In this document: one piece after another, positions 50,379 through 64,000 of the stretch
How positions within the stretch are numbered: position 1 is the stretch's first letter
Layout: the number at the start of each line of letters is the position of its first letter
Assembly: GCA_951406725.2 (NCBI GenBank)
Contig: OX597818.1
Span: 11,842,001 to 11,906,000, forward strand
Length of the DNA: 64,000 bases
Direction of reading: 5' to 3'
Source: Octopus vulgaris
Lineage: Eukaryota
Translations under genes and position numbers: made by a program
The notes under the pieces: model-generated
The model's database searches: none
What the model was told of the DNA's origin: nothing
What the model saw: only the letters and a program-made list of their open reading frames with translations

Positions 50379-52616
50379 AGCAGCAAGCTAACATGTCAGG
50401 CAAAATGCTTAGTAGCATTTCGTCCATCTTTACATTCCAAGTTCAAATTCTGTCAAGGTATAGTTTCTGCTATAGTTTCAACATTGCCTTTCATTCTTTT
50501 GGGGTCAATAAGATAAACACAATTCAAGTATTGGGGTCAATGTAATGAACTAGCCCACCTACCCAAAATGTCAGGCCTGCTACTACTGCTGTTGTTGTTG
50601 TTGTTGAAAAGGTGCTGAGTAGTTAAGTGTTCAACTAAATAGCTCAGAAAATTTTGCTTTACTCCTCTACATTCTATTCTCAAATGCTGTTGTGAACCTA
50701 CGACAACATTCCTCCAGAGTCAGCTCAGTGAACTGTAACTACTAATCAATAACTGTGTGACTTTGCATGAACAGGAGAAATTATTACTAAAGCTCTGGTG
50801 ATACAGGTTGATTAATCATTAGTGCTTTGCTATGCTCAAGCCTATATAAAAATATATTCTTCAAAGTATGCAACAACATAAAAAGTTGCTGCATATCTAT
50901 TAGAAACAGCAATTTCTAATATAGGTACTGCTCTTAAATTACATTCAAATGTCTTCTTTTTCTTGAAAAAAGAACACATTAAATAATGTATCCTGGAAAA
51001 AAGATAGGCTGGTCACAGGCCTATTTTTATCCTAGCCAAGCTATCCTCTTACATGTATGATGTCTTCACATGAGGTTTTGAGGTTTAGAGGATGGGGAGT
51101 GTGAGGACAGCTTAGGTTTAATGTGAACTGTTAGATGTTAACACAAGAAATGAATACATGGTTAGGAAAGGAGAAACTAGAAAGCGAGTATGTGAGAAAA
51201 AACAAATTATAATTCTGGAGAATTGAAAAAGACAGGCTACTAGAGAAGGTGGATCCAGAAATTGTGTTGAGTTGAAGCTGAGAAAATAAAGAAATATAAA
51301 ATATTTAAAAAATTCTGAGAAAGACTGATAAATAATTTTATGATGATAAGGAAAAAGGGTAAGGTAAATATAATTTTGACTTATTTTGCTGTCTGGAGAA
51401 TTCAGATACAAACATTTGAAGAAATTTAATACATTAGAAAAAAATGTAAGTTAAAGGGAGTTAACTCTAAAATGTTAGTGCTGTAGTGAATCAAAGACAT
51501 CAGCATGCCAAGGAGAGAGCCTCTAGGTGGACGGTTGCTTGGTCCACTAGAAATAGCAGTCGATAACTTATTTACCATGTAAATAAATTATATACAAATT
51601 AGTTAACGTCCTTAAGAAGATGGAATGGTCAGGGATGAAAAGCTTTCAATCATAAGTTTGCTCAACTGGGATAAATTTGAGGTTACACAACAAGCATTAA
51701 AACTAAAAAAGTTACCCAAACTGAACGAAAGAAACTCATAGAAACTCTAGCTGGTCTCCTGACATGTCAGAAATAACAGCAAAATCTTCCACAATTACAC
51801 CAGATTGTCTTGGAAAGAAGAGAAGACATTAAATCATGTAGAGCCAAATATGTAATTATCCCAAAGGATGAACTGCCATGTGCGAAACTCATTTGATCAC
51901 GTCTGCTCACTGCTGGTTGCATGATGGGCTGAAGAACAGCAACATCAGCACAAGTTCCACGCCATCCCCCATCATCACATGTTAAACAGGACAGAAGATA
52001 TTTCAAAGAAAGATCTGATAAGTCTCTAAACAAGTACATTGTCTAGGAGAGAAGACAGATGGGTAGACACACACACAAACACATGTATACACATACATAT
52101 ATACAGACACATATATATACACACACATATATATATATAGAGGGAGAGAGAGAGAAAGAGAGACATAGACATACACACATGTGCATACATGTGATGGTCT
52201 CAGTTTCACACACACATGAAAAGAAATTTGAAAATAAATATAAGACAAAAAACTAGATAATAATAAACTGTCCAAAGAGTAACATAAGATGGTTATTGCA
52301 ACAGTAGTGGCAATAGTGGTGAAGGGGCAGTGGTAATGTGAGTGGCAGTGGTGGATGTGGCAGTGAGAGTAAGCAGTGATATTGTTATAGTAGCATAAGT
52401 GTTGTGGTTCCAGGAGAGGGTAGTACTAGTGGTGGAGGCGTGTGGTGGTGTTGGTGTTGGGGTGGTGTTACTGTTGTGGTGGTGATGGTGGTCAAGTTGT
52501 GACACCGCTGGTTTCATATGTTGCTTTGCACCACTTCGTCATTATGCATGATTATGAGCCAAATATCTCAAACACAAGGCAACATGCCTATGTTGTGTGT
52601 GTATATGTATATATAT

Positions 52617-52663
<47 letters not shown>

Positions 52664-52964
52664 TATGTATGTATGTATACAGACACATAAACATGCATAT
52701 ATGTGCACAAGGAGGTGCTGAAAAGTCCCTATCACATAGACAAATATTTGAGAATGTCCTCATAAAACAAGACATTACCAATATTGAATAGAAAATATAC
52801 ATAGTAGATAAGAGAACTTCAATACTACTGTTAATACTTGCATAATATGCATATATGGGTGCAGCCGTGTAATTAGGTAGGTAAGTGGGTAGGTGGACAT
52901 GTATGAGGTAGTATTGGCAGATATGTAAAGGGTAGGGTTAGAATGACAGCAGAATGCAGGTAAG

Positions 52965-53212
52965 CCCATACAAATAAATTTATGTAAAAAATATTTACAA
53001 TTCCTTAGATGACATAAAAAGATACCTTGGTGAATTCTTTGCCATGAAACCACCTCAATTCTGGGAAGAGGGTATTTTCAAGTTAAAGGAAAGATGGAGA
53101 TGCATTGTGCAACAAAATGGTTCATATTTGGTTGATTAAAAATGTAATGGCAAGTATTTATTGACCTTTTTCTTTCTTTTAAAAATCGGCACAAACTTTC
53201 CAGACAACCCAA
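52965..53212 (+). mobile_element. Mariner 3' fragment with TIR
   Basis: DIKRYLGEFFAMKPPQFWEEGIFKLKERWRCIVQQNGSYLVD-stop, followed by a TIR ending CAGACAACCCAA-TA. Confidence 0.82.
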
Positions 53213-54100
53213 TATAAGCAGTAGGACACACATATGTAAAGAGACACACTAACACTAATATAAGTACACAAGACTTAAGAACTTAAATATGCATGCACAA
53301 ACACATACCTTAAAGAACAGGCACAAACAAACATACAAGAATGAACATACACACACACCTCACAGCAATTAAGAGCATGCACAAATAAACATACATATAC
53401 CTCAAATATATAGAGTTGTGTACATTTATATTTAACATGTTGGTGTACACTCAAGCATGGAAAGACCTTCACAGTAGTGACTGTCATCAAAGAGAAATTC
53501 TCCTTATAGCCAGTGTGTGTGTGTGTGTGAAAATACAGAACGAGGCCATGTCATTGACATTTACAACACATGTTCCTATATATTCATGCTTCATCAGCTA
53601 CAGACACTGGATTCATTATTCACAGCCCATGTTGTAAACAACAAACAATGAATTTGCTGGCATGTACAAGGTTTTTAATCTATCATATACAGACAACAGG
53701 TAAAACACAAAGGACAAAATACAAAAAGTTAACACTAATCTTTCATCAGCTGCTGACTCAAGGTCAAGGCAATTTTGGTACATCAATCAACAGAACTGCA
53801 CACTCACTTCAGTGCACCCTAGTTTAAGTTCAAGATAGGATGACAACAGGTCTACAAAATTCATGCAAAATTAGCTCATAAGGCTAAGCTGAACACAATA
53901 CAGGGCAAAATTATAAAGTATATTAAACAGTGATATATTAGGCACCGACATGGCTGCATGCAAAGAAGCTTGTTTCCCAACCACATGGTCCTGAGTTCAG
54001 TCTCACTGCATGGCAACCTGGGCAAGTGTCTTCTACTATAGCCTCAGGCCTACCAAAGTCTTGTGAGTGGATTTGGTAGACGGACACTGAAAAAAGCTTG

Positions 54101-54152
<52 letters not shown>

Positions 54153-54580
54153 TTATGTGTGTGTGCATGTCTTTGTGTCTATGTTTGTCCCCTACACCAT
54201 CACTTGACGACCAATGTTGGTGTTTAGGTCCGTGTAATTTAGCAGTTCCGCAAGAGACTGATAGAATAAGTACCAGGCTTACAAAGAATAAGTCCTGGGG
54301 TCAATTTCTTCAACAAAAAAGGCAGTGTTCGAGTATGGCTGCAGTCAACAGAAACAAGTGAAAGAATGAAGTGAAGCTTTTGAAAAAGAGAAAAAAAGTA
54401 AGAGTAACAATGAAGCAGAGATGACTGTACAAAGTGTAATGCTAAATAGAAATGAGTGGGTGGTTGGACTTCAGCCCTTGAACAAATAAAGAGCCAGGCT
54501 GGAGAACAAAGTGCTCTGTAGCAGGTCAGAGTTCGAAAAAAAAGTTAGGCAGTAGAATTAGAATTTTAAGAAGATAAAGC

Positions 54581-54996
54581 GGATCTTTTCGGTTTGACCG
54601 GCAGTTTTTAAAAATAATTTCCACGTAACTAAACACTTTTAAACTTCGTATACTGGTAGAATGTGTTTATAAAACATCTTTTTCTCTTGGCTTTATTGAG
54701 AAAATTCTATAGTTTGTAAGATATTTGTTGTTTTTTTCTTCAATTTCTGCAATTTCAACCAATCAATGACGTCTATTGAGGTGAAAATATTCTGTGCCGT
54801 ATGAATATGTCCCTTGCTTAAGAAACAGATTGGGTTTATTTACATTTCTGAAGAAAAAAAGATACCCTTCCCCCCACCCCTAACCCTAACCCTAAAACAG
54901 ATTGAAATGCAATAGATCGATACTAGTGTCATAATTATGGGTGACAATTTCATATGACACCGCTAGAAAAAACTGCCGGTCAAACTGAAAAGATCC
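54581..54996. mobile_element. 416-bp MITE with GG-start TIRs and an 8-bp TSD (Merlin-like)
   Basis: 29-bp TIR GGATCTTTTC(G/A)GTTTGACCGGCAGTTTTT with 1 mismatch; flanks GATAAAGC / GAGAAAGC; internal (CCCTAA)3. Confidence 0.82.
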
Positions 54997-55714
54997 GAGA
55001 AAGCTATTGTGGGAAGGTTAGAATCAAACAGACAAGAGGAGAGAGAGAACAAACTAAAGAGAGAAGTAAAACTGAGAAAAAAATGAAAGAGAGAAGACAA
55101 AAAGATTGAAGAGTGGACAGAGTTCAAGCACCACTGAGACCAACTTTGCCCTTCATCCCTCTCAAGCGGGTAAAATAAAATACCAGTCAAGTACTGTGGT
55201 TGATAGTATCAAAATAAAGAGTTGTTTAAGGATGATGAACAAAACACTCATTTTTCCAGGAATGAATTATTCAAACCACAAAGAATCCCACTCAACACAT
55301 GCCTATGTGATCAGAGATGCCCATATCATCAGACACTAGGGGAAATGCTCAAATGGTTAAGGTCAAGCAACTGACAAGAAAATCTGTGGCATAGAGCAGA
55401 ATATTTGCTGTAGACCATCTTTTACACCGAGATAAAAACATGTGCATGTTAACACTTCCAATCAGTTAAGATCAGAAACCATGAGAACCACTGCCTGGTA
55501 ATGGCATCAGGGCATATATTATTGAGCTGGCAGAACTGTTAGTATGCCAGGTGAAATTAATTCTGCTAAAGTCGACTTTGCCTTTCATCCTTTTGCGGGT
55601 TGATAAAATAGGTACCAGTTGAACACTGGGATCAATGTAATTGACTTACCCCTCCCCTGAAATTGCTGGCCTTGTGCCAAAATTTGAAACCATTATTATT
55701 ATTATTATCATTAT

Positions 55715-56260
55715 TGAGTGAGAGAGCAGTGCATGACATCAAAGTGACACTGGGGTAAAATATACGAAGCCATCATGACTACCCATCTGATAAGGGTACA
55801 CCAAGCACAGGAATAACAACCATATGTGCACGACACGGTGATCTCATATCAAGATAAACCGTGCATGACCTTGCAGGTGGAGCCCAGTTAGAATTTTTTT
55901 CTGGTTGAGTAGCCCATCCCACTCAAAAGGTCCCTGAATAAGGATTGTTTAAGGATGTTGAACGAAACACCCATGTTTCCAAAGGTGAATTATCCAAACC
56001 TCAAAGAATTCCTTTCAACACATGGCTATGATGCTCCCCAACTACTTCTGCTCGTGGTCAGAGATGCACATATCGTCAGCCACTAAGGGACATGGTCAAC
56101 TGGTTATGGTCAAATAACTGACAAGCAAATCTGTGGTATTGAGCAGAATATTTGCTGTAGCCCATCTTTTATACCAAGAGAAAACAATGTACATGATAAC
56201 ACTTCCAATCAGTTAAGATCAGAAGCCATGAGAGCCACTGCCTGGTACTGCATCAGGGTA
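55715..56260. mobile_element. Family D repeat copy, inverted
   Basis: Reverse complement of 5257-5813; flanked by (ATT)n. Confidence 0.87.
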
Positions 56261-56791
56261 TATATTATTATCATCATTATTATTATTTGCACTGTCATAC
56301 CACAGAAGACAACTCCAAGTTAACATGTTCCATGATCTTGGCAGTACCTATTTACTCAGAATTAGCAATAAATCCTGTTGATGCTGACCTCCCTAAAATA
56401 TCCCCTGGTTCTACGATACAAACTTCCTATTTTAAAAATTATCTCAATTAAAACCTTCCAATAAAATTCCATTTTAATTTATGCTCCAAACACCAGCTTA
56501 ATAATGACAAAGTTATTTTACTAAATTTTTTATTACTTTCAAAATTAAAATAGATTATTTCAATAGAAATATCACAACAAAAGGGTCAATTCTGTATGCC
56601 TCAGTCCACTGAAAGGGTTCAGAAATGTCACATGATACTACAAGAAGTAGATCGCTACAAGGATATGAAGGAAATATTGTGAGAAGTGTCAACAGGTGAA
56701 CAAATAGCAGTTAATTAGTTAAAAACTTAACGAACTGCTACCAATTCATCTGTTAACTAGTAAGAGCACTTCATGTTTTTATAAAGCAGAT

Positions 56792-58423
56792 TCATCATCA
56801 TCGTTTAACGTCCGCTTTCCATGCTGGCATGCATTGGACGGTTTGACTGAGGACTGGCGAGCCAGATGGCTGCACCAGGCTCCAATCTGATCTGGTGGAG
56901 TTTCTACACCAACCACTCTGAAAGTGTAGGGGGTGCTTTTACGTGCCACCGGCATGAGGGCCAGTCAGGCGGTACTGGCAACAGCCACACTCAAATGGTG
57001 GCTTTAGTGCCACCTGCACAAGAGCCAATGCAGCGGCACTGGAGATGACCTCACTCAAATGTTGTTTTTCACGTGCCAGGAAGGTGACGTTGGTAACAAA
57101 CATGCTTGAATGGTGCGTTTTACATGTCACCAGCATGGGAGCCAGTCAGCAGACCTGGCAATGATCACACTCGGATGGTGCTCTTAGCACTCCACTGGCA
57201 CAGATGCCAGTCATGTGGTGCTGTCATCAAATTTGATTTTGATTTTGATTTCACTTACCTCAACAGGTCTTTACAAGTAGAGTTTAGTGTCCAATGAAGG
57301 AAAGGTATGCATAAGTGGGCTAGTTACACCACTGGCATAGGCCACGGGTTATGATCTCACTTGGCTTGCCGGGTCTTCTCAAGTACAGCATATTTCCAAA
57401 GGTCTCAGTCACTAGTCATTGCTTCGGTAAGGCCTAATGTTCGAAGGTCGTGCTTCACCACCTCATCCCAGGTCTTCCTGGGTCTACCTCTTCCACAGGT
57501 TCCCTCAACCGCTAGGGTGTGACACTTCTTCACACAGCTATCCTCATTCATTCTCACCACATGATCATACCAGTGCAGTCGTCTCTCTTGCACACCACAT
57601 CTGATGCTTCTTAGATCAAACTTTCCTCTCAAGGTACTTACACTTTGTTGCATATGCACACTGACATTACACATCCATCGGATCATACTGGCTACATTCC
57701 TTGCGAGCTTATGCATGTCCCCAACAGTCATGGTCCATGTTTCACTGCCATGTAGCATGGCTGTTCATACACATGTGTCATACAGCCTACCTTTTACTCT
57801 GAGCGAGAGGCCCTTTGTCACCAGCAGGGGTAAGAGCTCTCTGAACTTTGCCCAGGCTATTCTTATTCTAGCAGCTACACTTTCAGAGTACCCACCCAAC
57901 AACTGACTTGGTCAACTAGGTAACGGAAGCTATCAACTACTTCTAGTTTTTCTCCCTGGAATGCGGCAGAAGTTGTTCTCTGCACATTTTCAGTGCTTAT
58001 TGCGCCCGAGCATCTGTCACATACAAAAACTATCTTCCTAGTTAGCCTTCCTTTGATATTGCTGCACCTCTTATGTGTCCATAGCTTACACTGGGTACAT
58101 CTTATAGAGTTTCTACCTACGCCTTTTCTACAGATCGAACAAGGCCATCTACCTGAAGGGACTTGTGGTTTGTCTGCCTTCCTACTTATTAGAGGAGCTC
58201 CCAGGAGCATTCTGTCTTTAATTCCTCTGTTATTGCCTGGAGGACTATGACAAAGGACTTTAGTTTTAGCCAAATTGACTCTAAGGCCCTTCTATTTTAA
58301 TCCTTGCTTCCACACCTGAAACTTCTCTAGTTCTGATAGTGACTCAGCAATTAGAGCAAGGTCATCAGCATAGAGGAGTTCCCAGGGGCATTCTGTCTTG
58401 AATTCCTCTGTTATTGCCTGGAG
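56792..58423 (-). mobile_element. 5'-truncated RTE-clade LINE: RT C-terminal half, 3'UTR and (GAT)n tail
   Basis: PWELLYADDL (YADD at 58361-58372), KTKVL, LEVVDSFRYL, MLHGSETW, RRLHWYDHVVRM, GRGRPRKTW; frameshifted. Confidence 0.92.
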
Positions 58424-58465
58424 TGAGGTAAATAAATCAATAGGAGATAGCAAGATTTCCTTTTC

Positions 58466-58920
58466 ATGATTAAGGACTATATTAACAATGAAGAGGTTCT
58501 GCTCCAGACCGTACTACCCAGCATTGAAGCTACCTTGGTCACAACACTTCCTCTGCTGGTCGGGACACATCATACAATGCCTCAAATGTGCCTCCTCTGT
58601 CAACTCTTCTTTGCAGAGTTGGCCTCAAGCACCAGACCACATGGAGCCCCCAAATTCCGTTTCTGAGACTAGCTCAAGGCCACTTTCTTCCACTGCTCTC
58701 TTGACTCAAATACCTGGGAGACAATCGCCAAGGACCACCCAAAGTGGCAGCATGTCACTGCCAAGAGAACGGACCAGATGGAAAACAACATACGTCAAAA
58801 GACAGAAATCAGACAACCCACTCCTGTGATAGATGCTTCCAGGTCTTCTAAACTACCCTTGGCCTGAACAGCCACCTCAAGCACCAGCACTCTTCGCACC
58901 CATCAGGATGAAAAGGCCCA
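58466..58920 (+). mobile_element. RTE/BovB-like LINE C-terminal relic
   Basis: NEEVL...LPSIEATL...QLFFAELASSTRPHGAPKFRF resembles an RTE-BovB ORF2 tail; degenerate. Confidence 0.65.
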
Positions 58921-61900
58921 ATCACTCTATACAGATTAACTACTCGGAATATGAGTTAATGCCACCAGTAATGACAGCCAGAAAATACTGGTACTACATA
59001 GCTGGTATTTGGGTATAAAAATCTCAAACTCACATAATAGAACTAATTACATATCAGACATGCATATGTATATGTGCACAAGCTGTGTGGTAAGTTTGCT
59101 TTCCAACTACATGGTTCCAAGTTCAATCCCACTGCATAGCACTTCGAGCAAATGTCTTCTACTATAGCCCCAGGCCTTGTGAATGGATTTGGTAGGCAGA
59201 AACTGAAAGCAGCCCATTGTATATACAGTATATATATATTTATCTATGTGAGGGGTTTTTTGTGTTGATTCCTCCATGACCAAAACCACACTTGACAACC
59301 AGTGTTGGTTTGTTTACATCCTAACTTAGGAGTTTGACATAAGAGACTGATAGAATAAGTACCAGGATTAACAAAAAAAAGTACTGATAGGGGAGGAAAT
59401 GATTCATTTAACTAAAACTCTTTGAGGAGATGCCCTAGTATGGCAGTAGTCCAATGACTGAAAGCAGTAAAAGATAAAAGACATGCAGAAATGAGCCAAG
59501 GAGAAAGATTTTACCTGGTACTCGACTTGCAAGAAATAACAGCCAAATCTCCCTCAAAACACACACTCTGCCATATTAAAATAGGAAGAACAAATCAGAT
59601 AATACAGTGTTAGATATAGAAAAAAGATAGGGTGGTTGGAACACTTCCATTCATAATTCTGCTCAGCCAACATAATTAGCAACTAGACAACATACATTTA
59701 AACACATTGTTGACGTCTTCCATAAATAAAGACTTTAATGTCGTAGTCCAACTGATAAGCAAATTTGCATTCAGTTCTTATTTTTCTTTACATTTCTTAA
59801 CACTCTGTCAGTTACAATGACAAGTGATCTAGTTGATCCAATCAACGGAACAGCCTGCTAGAAGTATTAATGTACAAGTAGCTTGCACTCCACAGACACA
59901 CACTCACACAAACACTCAACAGAATAACACAAATATATAGAAACTGTTAACATATTAGACCAACTTACATGTTCAAATAAACAGGAAATGTCTCCTTAAT
60001 TTCAGAGACAAAATGGTAAAGAAGCAAGCACATACATTTAGAAATTATTTACATTTACAACAAGTGTACAATTTCAAAGTGACAAATGCAAGTTGTTACA
60101 GTACACAGGTGCAATCATTAATAAACTGCTTGGCGAAGTAAAAGGCTTAGCTTGAGTAAATAGCTCTTCAGGTGTAAATAATTATTGGAAAGTAACCTAC
60201 ATTACTAGATTCAAGGGGGTTTATATGAGTAAATTATTGTTTGTGGTTTTGAAGATGGCAGGATGTGATTTGAAGGAGATTTGACAGTTATTCTTAGAAT
60301 AATCAAATTATGATTTAGAGACATCCTTGCTGAGGTACATGACATGCTATAGGAGATATGGTGTAGCAACGAGAGAGTGTAATCCATTATATTGTTTTTG
60401 TTGGTTAGTACCAAGTCAGTCCTGATCAAGCAGATATCTGTCAAAATGTCCTTTTTTTTTCTTTTAATATTTAGTTAGACATGTTGCATCTAAAACTACA
60501 TTATTTGAAAGTGACTATTGTTGCATGAACACCATTACTTCCCATCAGTTCTCACAGTATAAGACTGCAAAGGCAGTAACATCCTACAATGCCTACTTAA
60601 AGGACCTGGCATCACTAAGACAATGGTATAAAGAACAACCGTAACACTCACAGACATTATCAAGAAAAATTATGCAGGACTCACAATGAAAACCAAGATC
60701 AGATACATTTAATTATCAATATACAGTTATCTTTGAAAAAGCCATGCTCACATGCATGCATATGTGTGTGAGTGTGTGTTTATGCAAGCACATGTGCATA
60801 GTTGCATGTATAGCACGGTGATTAAGTAGATTGTTTCACAATTATAACATTCCACATTTGAACCCAATATAGAAAGTGTCTTCTTAGTCAAGACCACTGA
60901 GTGAAATTGAGTCTACAACAAAGAAGTTCATTGGAAGTGCTATACTCATAAGTCAAAGACCCAACCTTGTCACATTTTATCGTGAATATTCTACTTAAGA
61001 ACCATGTTAACAGTACATGTATCTGGGAAATAATCTTCCACATAAATGGTACATAATATTCCAAAATACACATGATGGAACACAGTTTGATTAGCAGGTC
61101 AGTAACCAAAAAACTGGGCACACATACATTGTCCTTGATGATTGAGTCTATTATATTATATATATATATATATATCTTCCTTCCACATGACCAGTATCTG
61201 GCCAGCCATGATTTTTCTTTCTTGGCCTGACTGCTGACTACCAACACCTTGTGTCCATCTCCCATGTTCCTGCTTTTAGGTTTTCACTTCATACACGCCA
61301 GTTCAATTTGATTCGTTCTCAGTCAAAAGACACCTGTTGTTGTTTCTTGTTGTTTGTATTCATAACTGTGTACCATGTTCTCCGGTTTTTTTTTGTTTGT
61401 TTTTTGTCTTTGTTGCTGCACACATTCGCTAGCTTTCTTATAAAAGGGTCTAATGTTCTTAGCTTAGACTTTTTTGGGGGGAAACCAGATTGAACCATCT
61501 CAAGTGTAACTGCCCAAAATGGCCGTGACTTCTGGTTCTTAACTGATGAAAGAAAACCAAGAATGACCTGTCTTTTTTTGCCTGTACTCTTAATTATTGT
61601 TTCTCTTGTCCGCCTTTGTATCGTCTATCTGTCGAACGATTTAATGCCCTCTCTTGTGTTTTTGTTCAATTTTTATATTTATATATATATATATATATAT
61701 TTATAATTACAGAAGTGCCAATCACTTAAGTGGATGGAATTTGGGGAAGCAGGAGAACCACGAAGACATGGGACAAAGTATTGGAGACTGACTCCAAGAC
61801 ACTGAGCCTTACTGAGGAGAAGACAAAGGACCAAGATATCTGGTACCAAGCTATACTCAAGAAGACCTGTCCACCACAGCAGAACTGAGAGTGGTATTGA

Positions 61901-62574
61901 TTCCACATAAGTACTAATGTTGGTGTCACATAAAAAGCAATTGTGCTGTGGTCATAAAAAGCACTCATGCTGGTGCATTGTTAGTCCATACATATATAAG
62001 ACAAAGTTTGTGTGTGTGTGTGCATATGATCCTTATGGATTTGAAAACCGAGTTGCCAATTTTGATGTAAGAGGAATAAAAAGATTCAGTAATCTTACGG
62101 CTACCAAATAAAATGTTTTTTGCACAACAACTCATTTTTACAACAAAAATAACCTCGAAAACGAGGTCAAGTCACACAATTTTGAAGTCCTAGCTAAGGG
62201 CGGCAACACTGCCTGAACAATCTTTATGAGAAAATGTTTAAAATACATGGAGTTTTACCAAAGCATGAAACTTGCAGTTCCATTATCCAAGAAAAGTGGT
62301 GTGTAGAAGTGGTAGAAATGCTTCCTATCTGTGGTGTGTAAATTCCAATAGGAGTTAATATGTTGTCATCACAAATGGAAAGTATGGAGTCAACAAAGCC
62401 AAGGCTTTGTTGTCTCATTTTATTTAACATATATATGCTCATACAAAACCCACATTGGACACCCTACTCATATCATTATCGAAACGAGAGTTTAATTACA
62501 GTCCTTCCATAGCACCTACATAGCATTACTTGCCACCTTGGGTCTTCTGGATACCAATACCTCTCATACCTTTG

Positions 62575-62726
<152 letters not shown>

Positions 62727-64000
62727 CATATATGTCTGAACCTAAATCTAATACACAAAATGACACAGCAAAGGAAATTTACTATAATTTCTTTTTTATT
62801 TTAACTTATTTTAAAAACTTTATAAAAAAAAATTAAAATTAAATGCAAGTAAATTTCTTGATATAAGTTATGGAGAACGGAACAAAAGTGTGCACCACAC
62901 TGGCAAACAGGCAGATAGGCAAATAATAATTAGAACACACAGGAAAAATACAGGTTAGACGGAAAAAAAAAGTGTTTGATGGAAAGATTGCAAGATATTC
63001 ACCTACTGTGAATACTACAAATAAAATGATACTTGCCAACTGATACGTCGATCTGTGGATGTTTTACACGAAAACTAGAACAACAATAACTATATTTTAT
63101 AAATTTCTAGTAATGATTAAAACAACAAGCAACTTTACAACAGTCAATGAAAAGTTATCATTAGACATGTAGCATCAATGTGTGTGTGTGTGTGTGTGTG
63201 TGCACATATACATACACACACATATATGTGGAGGGGTAGCTCCATGGTTAAGAAGGTTGCTTATTTAATTTGCTTTGCGGGAGGACTGTTTTAATGAAAT
63301 CCTGTCTTGTCTCTACCTTCGAAATGCGGAATAGATAAAACGGGACAACTGATGAAGGGAATTTTCTTTATGTTGCTTGTTTTGTTTCTCTATTTGTTTC
63401 TTTTGTTGTTCGAAAAACGTTCGTTTTCTATGCTTTTGTTTTTTTATGTTCTCGTTTCTCATTTTGTTTACATTTCTTTGATGCCCTCTATCCATATATG
63501 CATGTACATATATATGTGTGTGTATGTGTGTAGGCATGTACATGAATGTGTGTATATATGCATATATATATATGTGTGTGTGTATACATACACACACACA
63601 TATACACACACGCACATACACACATCTATACATACACACACACATCTATACATACACACACACATCTATATATATATATATAAATTCAAAATGGAATAAA
63701 GAAACAATTCACATAAAAAGAACAGAAGACAAGGAAACCTGGAAACATCTTTCAACAGTCATAGAATTCCAGACTATAAGTGCAGTTGTAGTACATTTAA
63801 AGCCTGAAAACTTAATTCTATGGTACTGTTCACCTGGATGCACCAGTGATATTCCCAATATCACTGAAGTGATGGACATACAGGGCAGAAAATTAACAAT
63901 AGAACATATAGCAATAATGGATGAGTGAAGGTTCAAATCTTATTCAGTGAGCTCACTTCAGGAAAAAGACCAACCCTAGGTTGCCCTCTTTGAAAATACA

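Noticed and set aside
54878-54895. (CCCTAA)3 as a telomere remnant or fusion site
   Set aside because: Only three units, located inside a TIR-bounded MITE.
61985-62560. Possible further Helitron (TC start, TATATAAG, (TG)n)
   Set aside because: No clear hairpin-plus-CTAG 3' terminus was identified, so boundaries are unsupported.
63345-63425. CTGATGA motif suggesting a hammerhead (also ~61543)
   Set aside because: No convincing stem II plus GAAA and stem I could be assembled; probably a Penelope-like repeat remnant.
63690-63928. Open frame KETIHIKRTEDKETWK...IEHIAIMDE at the right edge
   Set aside because: No recognisable family and no clear splice signals; it may be a retroelement fragment and cannot be assessed within this window.

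Overview
AT-rich, repeat-dense animal genomic DNA. The SINE, RTE-LINE and microsatellite landscape suggests an octopus or other coleoid cephalopod (inference from repeat style). The only host gene I can support is a P1B-type copper-transporting ATPase (ATP7A/ATP7B family) on the minus strand. Eight coding exons between 24011 and 386 have canonical AG/GT boundaries and compatible phases, and join into 2304 nt (768 aa). They cover the N-terminal metal-binding (HMA) domains, the first four TM helices and the start of the actuator domain. The gene continues past the left edge, and I could not find the exon with the first half of HMA1 in 24012-64000. The rest is intron or upstream sequence filled with transposon relics: piggyBac (an internally deleted copy plus MITEs), several mariners (one a fold-back), a DD37E/TRT-type Tc1 element with long TIRs, a Tc2/pogo MITE, hAT and Merlin-like MITEs, three non-autonomous Helitrons, RTE/CR1/L1-like LINE fragments, a Gypsy integrase fragment and several SINE families. 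The most notable items are an ATP7 N-terminus with seven HMA folds (one lacking CxxC), a minimal hammerhead ribozyme on the sense strand of an intron, a PHD finger embedded in an RTE reverse transcriptase, and several near-perfect hairpins. Most short ORFs in the supplied track are microsatellite or repeat artefacts.
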